Below, piece by piece: positions 51,550-61,833 of a stretch of DNA of 64,000 bases. Position numbers and translations under genes: made by a program. The notes beneath the pieces were generated by a model. It was not told the DNA's origin. It saw nothing but the letters and a program-made list of their open reading frames with translations, and searched no databases. The stretch covers positions 8,362,164 to 8,426,163 of the forward strand of contig NC_057720.1 of NCBI RefSeq assembly GCF_004010195.1. Direction: 5' to 3'. Origin of the DNA: Chiloscyllium plagiosum (Eukaryota). Positions within the stretch are counted from its first letter, which is position 1, and each line of letters starts with the position of its first letter.

Positions 51550-51950
51550 AAAAATATAAGAATAGAACAGGGGTAGACCAGTCAGCTCCTCAAGCCTGTC
51601 CTACACAATTTTGGTTGATCTGCCCCAGCCTCAACTCCTCTTTCGTGTCTGCTCAGCATAGACATCAACTCCCTCTTGTTTCAAAAATCTATCTACCCTG
51701 TCTTTAAATACTTTCAGTGATCCAGCCTTTACAACTCTATGGGATAAAGACTTCCAGATACCCACTCCCCTCTGGGAGAAGAAATTCCTCTATATCTCAT
51801 TTTTTTGAATGAAAATCTCCCTATTCTGTAACTACACTCTCTAGTTCAAGAGTCCCCTGCTGGTTAAAATATCTTCTCAACATCTGCCCTGTCCAGTCCC
51901 CTCAGAAATCTTCTACATTTCAATGAGAGTGCTCTTCATTCTTCTGACTT
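51550..51950 (-). mobile_element. CR1 LINE 3' fragment
   Basis: Reverse complement of a CR1 3' UTR and ORF2 end. Confidence 0.7.
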
Positions 51951-53247
51951 GGAAGTTATTGATCAGATTTACGCTTGAGGGTGTACTCATGTATCACGGG
52001 CAAGTTTTAACAAAATTCAGGGACTGTACTGACCACTCATGGTAGTTTGATTGGATGCCTAGAGGTGCCTTCATTGGAGAGAGTGACCTTTGGTTCCCAC
52101 TGGTCAAACAGTGTCCACTTGAAGACCCTGACCCATAGGCCCCCAACAGGTAAGGTGCTAACACTCCATGGTCCACCTACTCGGAAAGAGGCTTGGAAAT
52201 TCCAGTGTTTGCTCAGCAAGTGAATAGAATTGAACACACGAGGGTATATAAAGCGCAAATAAAATGGTCATTTTCACTTGGTTGCACAGGGCTTGAATTT
52301 TCCCGAGAAGAGATAAGCTCAAGCTGATCATATCCTTGAATTCCAGAGAAGTACGAGAGGATTGGAAAACTGCCAATGTGACACCCCTACTCAAAAATGG
52401 AGACAGCCAAAAACTGACCAGCCAATTAGCCTAACATTCAGCCCATCGAGCCCACACCACCTCTTTGAAAAACATCCCATCCAGGTCCAACTGACTATGT
52501 AACTCTGCAATTCCTACAGCTAATCCACCCAGCCTGCACATCACTGGAGTGTGGGAAAAAAACAGGAGGAAACCCATGCAGACACCGGGAGAGCATGCAA
52601 ACTCCACATGGCCTGAGGCTGGAATCAAAACCTGGCACTGTGCTGCCCAAGTGGCTACAGTTGACAGAGTTGGAAATGTTTACCTATCAATGCTTATTCT
52701 GTTGCCTTGTACAGCAAGCATTGCAGAGTGGCATTCTACCTGCATGAAGCTGTGTAAGGATTCATGTGTTACTGCCAATTGTGACAAGTTAAATGGAATA
52801 ATAGGCATCATCAGAAAATGGTTACATAAACAGTGCACTTAAAATCAACATGAAGCCCTATTAAAGGTAATAAATATAAGCCTACCTTCGGAAAGGTGAA
52901 TGATGCCAGCTGTTAGTTACAAAAATCAATGATGGCATCCTGTGCATAAGATGATCCCAGAAACAAAAACAAAATACAAAAGATGTAAAAGAAGCCACAG
53001 GCAATTTGACACAGCAGCAGCCTCATGCTGATGTAGCATTCTCCACTTCATTTGCTGCAGAGGAAAAGACTGTGCGGACGAGGTGCATCTTCTCCTTCAG
53101 CTGAGCTTTCCATTTCTGCCTGCCTCTTCCCATGACCCTCTAGTCTCCAGGATGGACAGCCAGCATCGCCAGTCTCCCACTTGTTAGTGTTGATAGTTAA
53201 AAATCACACAACACCAGGTTATAATCCAACAGGTTTAATAGGAAGCA

Positions 53248-53282
53248 CACTAGCTTTCGGAGCAACGCTCCTTCATCAGGTG
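53248..53282 (-). ncRNA. Minimal type I hammerhead ribozyme, best-preserved copy
   Basis: Minus strand CAC-CTGATGA-A-GGAGC-GTT-GCTCC-GAAA-GCT-A-GTG: stem I CAC/GTG, perfect 5-bp stem II, palindromic AGCT stem III. Confidence 0.85.
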
Positions 53283-53441
53283 GTATTGGAGGGCTCAATC
53301 CTAGCACACCTAACAATCCTAACGTGTGTTAGGATTGAGCCCTCCTCTACCACCTGATGAAGGAGCGTCGCTCCAAAAACAAGTGTGCTTCCAATTAAAC
53401 CTGTTGGACTATAACCTGGTGTTGTGTGATTTTTAACTTTG

Positions 53442-53684
53442 AGGAGAAAGTGAGGTCTGCAGATGCTGGAGATCAGAGCTGAAAATGTGTTGCTGGAAAA
53501 GCGCAGCAGGTCAGGCAGCATCTAGGGAACAGGACAATCGACATTTCGGGCATAAGCCCTTCTTCAGGAATGTGGACAAACTTTCCTCATTCCTGAAGAA
53601 GGGCTTATGCCCGAAATGTCGATTCTCCTGTTCCCTGGATGCTGCCTGACCTGCTGCGCTTCTCCAGCAACACATTTTCAGCTC
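53442..53684. mobile_element. Fold-back PLE cassette (family A), young
   Basis: About 100-bp near-perfect inverted arms; 15-bp TSD TGATTTTTAACTTTG at 53427-53441 and 53685-53699; HHR motifs at 53537-53571 (minus) and 53589-53624 (plus). Confidence 0.88.
53589..53624 (+). ncRNA. Minimal hammerhead ribozyme motif
   Basis: CTGAAGA-A-GGGC-TTAT-GCCC-GAAA-TGTC; the same motif is on the minus strand at 53537-53571 and 41228-41262. Confidence 0.72.
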
Positions 53685-54064
53685 TGATTTTTAACTTTGT
53701 ACACCCCAGTCCAACACCGACATCTCCAAATTTTGTCAGTGTTGATGTTTGCCATTTCCATATTTTCTTGACAAACTTCTGTGCCATGGAAGAAAGGATG
53801 CTAGAATGTTATGACCCAGTGACCAGTACACAGTATTGATTATTTTTGGATTTATGACTAATGTGCATCAATTAAACCTGGTCGAGCCAAGATGGCATCA
53901 ATCAAATTCAGATTTTTGGGTTGTGATCGCTTTGTTGTTTTTGGGAAGTTATGGCTATGCAAAAGGTTGTCACATTCAACCAGTCATACACTTCAAGATT
54001 CCTTCAGTAACTGGATAGAAGTCAAATTCATGACAAGTGTTATATTCATGAAAATTATTTCAAA

Positions 54065-54732
54065 CAGATTCATAGAGATGTACAGCATGGAAACAGACCC
54101 TTCGGTCCAACCCGTCCATGCTGACCAAATATCCCAACCCAATCTAGTCCCACCTGCCAGCACCCGGCCCATATCCCTCCAAACCCTTCCTATTCATATA
54201 CCCATCCAAATGCCTCTTAAATGGAAAAGATTTTGCCTATTTACCTTATCCATGCCCCTCATAATTTTGTAAACCTCTATAAGGTCACCCCTCAGCCTCC
54301 GACACTCCAGGGAAAACAGCCCCAGCCTGTTCAGTCTCTCCCTATAGCTCAATCCTCCAACCCTGGCAACATCTTTGTAAATCTTTTCTGAACCCTTTCA
54401 AGTTTCACAACATCTTTCCGATAGGAAGGAGACCAGAATTGCACCAATATTCCAACAGAGACCTAACCAATGTCCTGTACAGCCACAACATGACCTCCCA
54501 AATCCTGTAGTCAATACTCTGACCAATAAAGGAAAGCATACCAAACACTTTCTTCACTATCCTATCTACCTGCGACTCCACTTTCAAGGAACTATGAACC
54601 TGCACTCCAAGGTCTCGTTGTTGAACAACACTCCCTAGGACCTTACCATTAAGTGTATGAGTCCTGTTAAGATTTGCTTTCCCAAAATGTAACACCTTGC
54701 ATTTATTTGAATTAAACTCCATCTGCCACTTA
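54065..54732 (-). mobile_element. HER1-like CR1 LINE 3' part with an internal deletion near 54221
   Basis: MEFNSNKCKVLHFGKAN..QRDLGVQVHSSLKVESQVDRIVKK..LYRTLVRSLLEY. Confidence 0.9.
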
Positions 54733-54774
54733 TCTAGTCAATGGATAATATAAAGGATTCGAGGCTTTAGCAAG

Positions 54775-55070
54775 AATCATAGAATCCCTACAGCGTGGAA
54801 GCAGACCATTTGGCCCGTCAAATCCACACCAACCCTCTCAAGAACATCCCACTCAGACCCACCCCATTCCCCTGTAACCCTTTATTTCCCATGACCAATC
54901 CACGTCACTCACATATCTCTAGACACTATGGGGCAATTCAGCATGGCCAATCCCCCTAACCTGCACAATCTTGGTCCGTGGGAAGAAAGAGGAGCACCCG
55001 GAGAATGAGCAAACTCCATGCAGACAGACGCTTGAGGCTAGAATTGAACCATTGAGCCCCTGTGCCACCC
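54775..55070 (-). mobile_element. HE1-like V-SINE (diverged)
   Basis: AGAATCCCTACAGCGTGGAAGCAG tail and V-domain remnants. Confidence 0.8.
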
Positions 55071-55552
55071 TAGCAAGAAAGGTCAAAGTATTTGGCTTTT
55101 GTGTTCCCAATCTCTTTGGAAAAGAAAGTAAACCTGAAGAGATAAACATCTTAATCTTGTTAATCATATCATTCATTAATCGCAGTAATATCTGGCTGTA
55201 CACTTGGAATGGAAGGTGAGCGTCACCAAAGGAATTTGAATTAATTCCTCTTTGGTCACAATGTTACATTTGCGGAAACACATTCTGACCTAAAGTAGTT
55301 GCAAACACCTTGATTGGAGAACAACAACAGATAACTTTACCACTGAAATTGAAAAGAGTGAGCAACTAATACTAAAAACCAAAAATGTGAGAGTGAAATT
55401 TGATCACTAGAAAAAAAAATGGGAAGCTATGATATGTGCTTGGGTATCCTTTACTCAACACATATCAAACCTGAGTTACCATCCTATCAGCCTTTGTCCA
55501 TGCATCATTTGAATATCAAGGAGTTATTGGCATCAATACACCTCAGTGTGTA

Positions 55553-55777
55553 CAGAGGGTGGTACGTGTATGGAATGAGCTGCCAGAGGATGTGGTGGAG
55601 GCTGGTACAGTTGCAACATTTAAGAGGCATCTGGATGGGTATATGAATAGGAAGGGTTTGGAGGGATATGGGCCGGGTGCTGGCAGGTGGGACTAGATTG
55701 GGTTGGGATATCTGGTCAGCATGGACGGGCTGGACCGAAGGGTCTGTTTCCATGCTGTACATCTCTATGACTCTATG
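55553..55777 (+). mobile_element. HER1-like LINE extreme 3' end, young
   Basis: CAGAGGGTGGTACGTGTATGGAATGAGCTGCC..GTACATCTCTATGACTCTATG; CpG sites retained. Confidence 0.9.
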
Positions 55778-56192
55778 GCTGCACCCACATGGGTGTCAGG
55801 ACTGAGTGTCGTGAGGAGTGAGAACACTGACTACAGCATCAAGACACCATTTGACCAAACAGGAACGCTATGAATCCTGAGCAAAACTGAAATTGCTGAG
55901 AGACAAAAGGAAGATTCAACAGTGTTTAGTTTAAGAAAGTGACTCAAACCAACAGCACAGGAATAAATACAAAAGGCAATAAATGCTGGTTTTGCAAACA
56001 CAGCACTTCCACTGTTAGGGATCCACTTTCTTCTCTCTTTCTGCCAAATTCTGCTGGGTGAAATGCAGCCCATGTAAGCATTCCCGTGTCTGGCTTCATT
56101 TCCTTTTGAAGCTGGATCATCTGCAGATAACTTTCATCCCAATGCGGGTTATTTCCAGAAAGGTGTAAATCAAACAGGAGGTATGGATCTGA

Positions 56193-56419
56193 ACAGGAGA
56201 AAGTGAGCACTGCAGATGCTGGAAATCAGAGTCAAAAAGTGTGGCGCTGAAAAAGCACAGCCGGTCAGGCAGCTTCCGAGGAGCAGGAGAGTCAACATTT
56301 CCTGCACCAGCCATTCATCAGGAATGATGAAGAGCTTACGCCCGAAACGTTGACTCTCCTGCTCCTCGCATGCTGTCTGACCTGCTGTGCTTTTCCAGCG
56401 CCTCGCTTTTTGGCTCTGA
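56193..56419. mobile_element. Short fold-back PLE cassette (family A)
   Basis: Inverted arms meeting at two HHR remnants (56290-56355); perfect 11-bp TSD TATGGATCTGA at 56182-56192 and 56420-56430. Confidence 0.85.
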
Positions 56420-57678
56420 TATGGATCTGAGTGGCTGGTATCAGTCTCTTTGATGGCTTGTGTGAACTGTCTCTTATTTATTCCCAGCTTCATGAACTGG
56501 GCCAATCTGTGGTCAGGTGATTTAGTCCATAAAGGTCCCTGATTAAAATAAGATGATGGAAGTCAAACATTGATGCTCTGTTTTATTGCTACATTCAGAA
56601 CAACAACTATTCAACATTCCCAGAAGTTCAGCTTTGAAATTCCCTCCATAAACCTCCACACCTTTCATTCTCTTTGTTCTCCTTTAACATGCTACTTTGG
56701 TCATGCATTTGGACATTGGCCTTAACATCTCTTTATTTGACTCAGTATGTTTTCTTTTGGAACATTCCTGTGAAACACCTGCAGATGTTTTCCAGCATAA
56801 AAACCTGCTTTACTGCAAGTTGATTTGTATCCCAGATTCCACACTCTTTCAAACCATTGAATTGGTAAAGAGGGACGTAGGTGCAAACGTAGCGGAATAC
56901 ACCAGACATGGAAAGCAGTAGATTAGTCACTGAATGAATGTCATGCAGTGCTCCCCTGTCAGTGCAATAATGCACTGCTGCCTTGAAATTGCACTGGATA
57001 AAGACTAGAACTTTCTTACGAATGTATTCATAAGCTATTTTCAGAAGATATTAACCTACAAAGGTAGCATTGGGAAGGAATTTTGTATGGATGCATTAGG
57101 CTCTCATGCAAAATATTCTAGCCGGATAATCTTCAAGCTCTGCAATATTATTAAGCCCCGGTTTTGATCTCTTTCTCTCATTATACAAAACATCCTCTGG
57201 TCACTTCTGTGGCTTTCCTGAATCGTAAAATCGTGACTATCATTTGAAAATATTCTTCTAAACACCATTAACTACGAATTAATGTGAAGAGCCATGAGGT
57301 ATAATATTTATATTTCCACAAATAAGACTGACCAGATAAATCACAAGTGATTAAAACTGTAAATGATTGATAGAATGACATACAGACATTGCAAGATGGC
57401 AGCAACAGAGTAATAGAGCTGCATTTGGGCTGGTAGTCTGGGGCTGTTTGCCTCTGTCTGCTTTATGTTTTTCTATTTCACTTTTTCTTTTGTTCTTTTC
57501 TTTTTAAGGCCTTTTAAGCAAGTGGCAACAGGAGAGAACAGGATCCAGCTATACAGAGAAGAGGGAGTGGGATGGGGGTGTGTGGAGGGGAGGGAGTATG
57601 ATGGATTGTGAAGGGGAGAGTGTGGGATGGGGGAGTGTGGAGGGGAGGGATTTAGATGGGGTGAATGTGGAGAGGAGG

Positions 57679-58421
57679 NNNNNNNNNNNNNNNNNNNNNN
57701 NNNNNNNNNNNNNNNNNNNNNNNNNNNNNNNNNNNNNNNNNNNNNNNNNNNNNNNNNNNNNNNNNNNNNNNNNNNNNNNNNNNNNNNNNNNNNNNNNNNN
57801 NNNNNNNNNNNNNNNNNNNNNNNNNNNNNNNNNNNNNNNNNNNNNNNNNNNNNNNNNNNNNNNNNNNNNNNNNNNNNNNNNNNNNNNNNNNNNNNNNNNN
57901 NNNNNNNNNNNNNNNNNNNNNNNNNNNNNNNNNNNNNNNNNNNNNNNNNNNNNNNNNNNNNNNNNNNNNNNNNNNNNNNNNNNNNNNNNNNNNNNNNNNN
58001 NNNNNNNNNNNNNNNNNNNNNNNNNNNNNNNNNNNNNNNNNNNNNNNNNNNNNNNNNNNNNNNNNNNNNNNNNNNNNNNNNNNNNNNNNNNNNNNNNNNN
58101 NNNNNNNNNNNNNNNNNNNNNNNNNNNNNNNNNNNNNNNNNNNNNNNNNNNNNNNNNNNNNNNNNNNNNNNNNNNNNNNNNNNNNNNNNNNNNNNNNNNN
58201 NNNNNNNNNNNNNNNNNNNNNNNNNNNNNNNNNNNNNNNNNNNNNNNNNNNNNNNNNNNNNNNNNNNNNNNNNNNNNNNNNNNNNNNNNNNNNNNNNNNN
58301 NNNNNNNNNNNNNNNNNNNNNNNNNNNNNNNNNNNNNNNNNNNNNNNNNNNNNNNNNNNNNNNNNNNNNNNNNNNNNNNNNNNNNNNNNNNNNNNNNNNN
58401 NNNNNNNNNNNNNNNNNNNNN
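57679..58421. other. Assembly gap (743 N) flanked by G-rich low-complexity repeats
   Basis: Run of N; a second 9-N gap lies at 41848-41856. Confidence 0.99.
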
Positions 58422-58719
58422 GGGAGTGTGGGGGGGGAGGGAGTGGGATGGCAATGTGTGGGGGAGGGTGTGTGATGGAGGAGTGTGGAGGGGAGGGAGT
58501 GGGATGGGGTCGTGCCGAGGGGAAGGAATGGGGCTAGGCAGTACGGAGAAGAGAGTGAGCCAACTATTCAAGAAATGCAGCACTGGCACAGTAGGCCCAT
58601 CCACTCCAAGCTGGCTGTATTCTTTACTTTTCCTTCTTGCTCTTTGTCCTTTGCTAATTAACTTAATTTCTGGAATGCTGTAGGGAAAGGTACCAGACAT
58701 TTTGGCATTGTGGGGAGCT

Positions 58720-59120
58720 TAGCAGTGGCTGTGGTCCCGGAGAGGTGTCCAGTGGAGGTCCAGTGTGTGGGGAAAGTGCTGTCGACCCATAGCAGTCTTG
58801 GCTAGAGGTCCTGTGTGTGGAGAGTGATTGTGGGCCTGGAGCAGTGTCGGCTGGAGGCCCCGTGTGTGGAGAAGGATCTGTGGCTCCGGAGTAGTGCTGG
58901 GGCTCGAGGCCCAGTGTGTGAGGAAGAAGCTGTGGATCTGGAGTGATGTTGGGGTGGAGGTCCAGTGTGGGGTGTGACTCTCGGCCCAGAGCAGTGTCAA
59001 CTGGAGGCCTAGTGTTTGGGGAGTGACTGTGGACCCGGAGAAGTGTTGACTGGGGGACCAGTGCTGGGGAAGAAGCTGTGAGTCTGGAGTTGTGTTGGCT
59101 GGAGACCAGGTGTGAGAAGT
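58720..59120. repeat. Diverged minisatellite, unit about 50 bp, about 8 copies
   Basis: GGAGG(T/C)CCAGTGTGTGG-like motif recurs near 58754, 58804, 58853, 58905, 58956, 59003, 59052 and 59101. Confidence 0.85.
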
Positions 59121-59654
59121 GGCTGAGACCTGAGCCCAAAGTAGTTAAAATAATCCCCAAAGTGTCAGTCCCCATGCATCTGCAGCATTGAGAGTGGAAA
59201 CCTGAGGTTTCCCAGAGAATGGGCCAAAGCAGGGGAGACTGGGCCCTTGGAGGGAGTGCACTTAAGACTGGTGAACTTTGACTTTTATTCCTTTATTTTT
59301 CCACTTAATCCTGGGAAGTTAACTTAGAACATTTTTTTCTTTATTTTCCTACTTATACTAAGAACAATGACAATGTTTTACTTTTAACTTTGTTTCTCTA
59401 AATTATTACTTGTGTGTATGTTTCTTTGTACCTTGGTACCTTTGTGCTGAAGATGGCATCCTGTGTGGTGACACTGTATATTTTTCACTGTACTCGTGTA
59501 TTTCTGACCTTGAGTTCATATGACAATAAAGCTTAAAATCAAAAAAAAAATCCAAGAAGGCGTTCTTCAAGGATATAATTAATTCAAAGGTACAGGCACC
59601 AAAAGCAATGAAATGTTTCAAGATTCTGGACTGCAAGTGATGGATTTAAAACTT

Positions 59655-59945
59655 TAGATTACTTACAGTGTGGAAGCAACAAGTCCACACCCGACCCACA
59701 ACCCACCCAAACCCATTCTCCTACATTTACCCCTTCACCTAACACTACCTGCAATTTAGCATGGCCAATTCACCTGACCTGCACATCTTTGGACTGTGGG
59801 AGGAAACCGGAGCACCCGGAGGAAACCCACGCAGACACGGGGAGAATGTGGAAACTCCACACGGACAGTTGCCTGAGGCGGGAATTGAAGCCAGGTCTCT
59901 AGTGCTGTGAGGCAGCAGTGCTAACCACTGTGCCACCGTGACGCC
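59655..59945 (-). mobile_element. HE1-like V-SINE, young
   Basis: Well-preserved V-domain with CpG sites retained. Confidence 0.92.
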
Positions 59946-59959
59946 CACTTCATTTGTAC

Positions 59960-60725
59960 AGAAGTCCCGCTCCCACTCCCCCAAGGACATGCAAGTCCTG
60001 GGCCTCCTCCACTGACAAATTCTAGCCACTCGATGCCTGGAGGAAGAATGTCTCAACTTATGGGCAGCACAGTGGCTCAGTGGTTAGCCTCACAGCGCCA
60101 GGGACCCGGGTGCAATTCCAGCCTCGGGTGACTGTCTGTGTGGAGTTTGCACATTCTCCCCGTGTCTGTGTGGGCTTCCTATGGGTGCTCTGGTTTCCTT
60201 CCACAGTGCAAAGGTGTGCAGATTAGGTGAATTGGCCATGCTAAATTGCCCAAAGTGTTAGATGTATTAGTCAGAGGAAAATGGGTCTGGGTGGGTTACT
60301 CTTTGGACGGTTGGTGTGGACTGGTTGGGCGAAAGGGCCTGTTTCCACACTGTAGGGAATCTAATCTAAAACTTCTGCCTTTTGACCCTCCAACCACACA
60401 GCATCAATGTGACTTCACCAGTTTCCTCATCCAAACCCTCCCCCCCACCATCTTTTCCCAGATCCAACTTTCCAACTTGGCATTGCACTCTTGAACTGCC
60501 CTATCTATCCAGGTTCCTTCCCACCTACCTGCTCCACCTCCCCACCTGCATCCACCTTATTGTATTCCCAGCTACCTCCCCCCCAGCCCCACCCCTCCTC
60601 TTTAACTCAGCCTCCTTTCCCCTCCCCAATATTCCTGATAAAGGTCTTATGCCCGACTCTCCTGCTCCTCAGATGCTGCCTGACCTGCTGTGCTTTTCCA
60701 GCGCCAGACTTTTCGACTCAGTCTC
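59960..60725 (+). mobile_element. PLE family A 3' region, split by HE1
   Basis: SHSPKDMQVLGLLH..LATRCLEEECL / TLQPHSINV endonuclease C-terminus, pyrimidine-rich UTR, degenerate HHR at 60630-60660 and family-A tail. Confidence 0.72.
60061..60370 (+). mobile_element. HE1-like V-SINE
   Basis: Head GGGCAGCACAGTGGCTCAGTGGTTAGC, V-domain, tail GTAGGGAATCTAATCT. Confidence 0.92.
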
Positions 60726-61069
60726 CATCTTGAACCGGGTCTGCTCTGTGCACTTGGAGTATAGAATTACCAGAATGGTATCCAAGTTAACGGGATAGAT
60801 TGTAAGTTCAAGTTGTCTTGCTTGTACCCCTTTCAGCATTGATGATTGAGAGGGGTGATCTGGTCAAAAAGTTTCAAAATGATGAAATAATTTGACAGGA
60901 TTAATTCAGAGGGTGGCATTCAATAGATCGGATTGTTATATACTGTTATGAAATGGTTAATCATCAAGTGTGTATGATTATTGAGAAGATGTCACGCAGA
61001 CAACAAGTCTGAGGAGGCAGTGATTGGAAAGATGCGACAGATTTCCAGTTTAAGAAGCAATGGGTTTCA

Positions 61070-61390
61070 ATGTGTGGGCCTGCACTTATGGCCCATCTCT
61101 TAACTGCACAGAGGGCAATGAAGAGTCAACGCCATTGCTGTGGGTCTGGAGTCACATGTGGGCCAGACCAGGTAAGGATGGCAGTTTCCTTCCCTAAAGG
61201 ACATTAGTGAAGCAGATATGTTTGTACAACAGACGATCAGGTTGCCATCATGCCATCTTTTATCAATAATTCCAGATTTTCAACAAATTCAAATTGCACA
61301 ACCTTCCATGTCATATTTGAAGCCAGGTTCCCAGAATATTAGCCTGGGGTTTTGGATTAGTCAAGTGACATTATCACTATGCCACTGCCC
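61070..61390 (-). mobile_element. Second SINE family copy
   Basis: Reverse homologue of 35090-35405. Confidence 0.65.
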
Positions 61391-61628
61391 AGCCTTTAAC
61401 GAACTGTACTTTTACTTATACTCTTCTTTACTTATATGTGTTCATTATCCATAAAAAGTTGACATCATGACAGTGAACTTTTTCTGCTCACCTTACACAA
61501 TTCTAAAGATCTCTGTTGGGTAGACCAAAGAGGCGTATTTCCCCCATTCACAACATCTACAACAGCTATGGGGTCAAGCCAATTAACTGAAGAGCTGGTG
61601 AGAGTCCCACATAGTCTCTTTTCAGGAC

Positions 61629-61833
61629 GTTAAAAATCACATGACACCAGCTTATAGTCCAACTGGTTTATTTGGAAGTACAAGCTTTCGGAGCACTGCG
61701 TCTTCTTAGATTGCTCCCAATGAAGAAGCAGCACTCCAGAAGCTTGTGTTTCCAAATAAACCTGTTAAACTATAACTTGGTGTGTGATTTTTAACTTTGT
61801 CCATTCCAGCCCAACACCGGCATCTCCACATCA
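61629..61833. mobile_element. Short fold-back PLE cassette (family B), degenerate HHR motifs
   Basis: GTTAAAAATCAC..TATAGTCCAAC arm and its inverse; family-B tail CCAACACCGGCATCTCCACATC. Confidence 0.78.

Larger units (their letters stand above)
53195..53732. mobile_element. Fold-back PLE cassette (family B) hosting a nested family-A cassette
   Basis: Near-perfect inverted arms 53195-53310 and 53324-53439; tail resumes at 53700-53732; TSD TTGT(T/C)AGTGTTGAT at 53181-53194 and 53733-53746. Confidence 0.88.

Noticed and set aside
53467..53690. Palindromes read as DNA-transposon TIRs, pre-miRNAs or terminators
   Set aside because: The arms are asymmetric, match the termini of PLE ORF-bearing copies, and have variable 10-15 bp TSDs, which fits retroelement inversion better.
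57549..58700. The longest ORFs in the track (282-383 aa)
   Set aside because: They are open only because they run through 743 N and G-rich low-complexity flanks.
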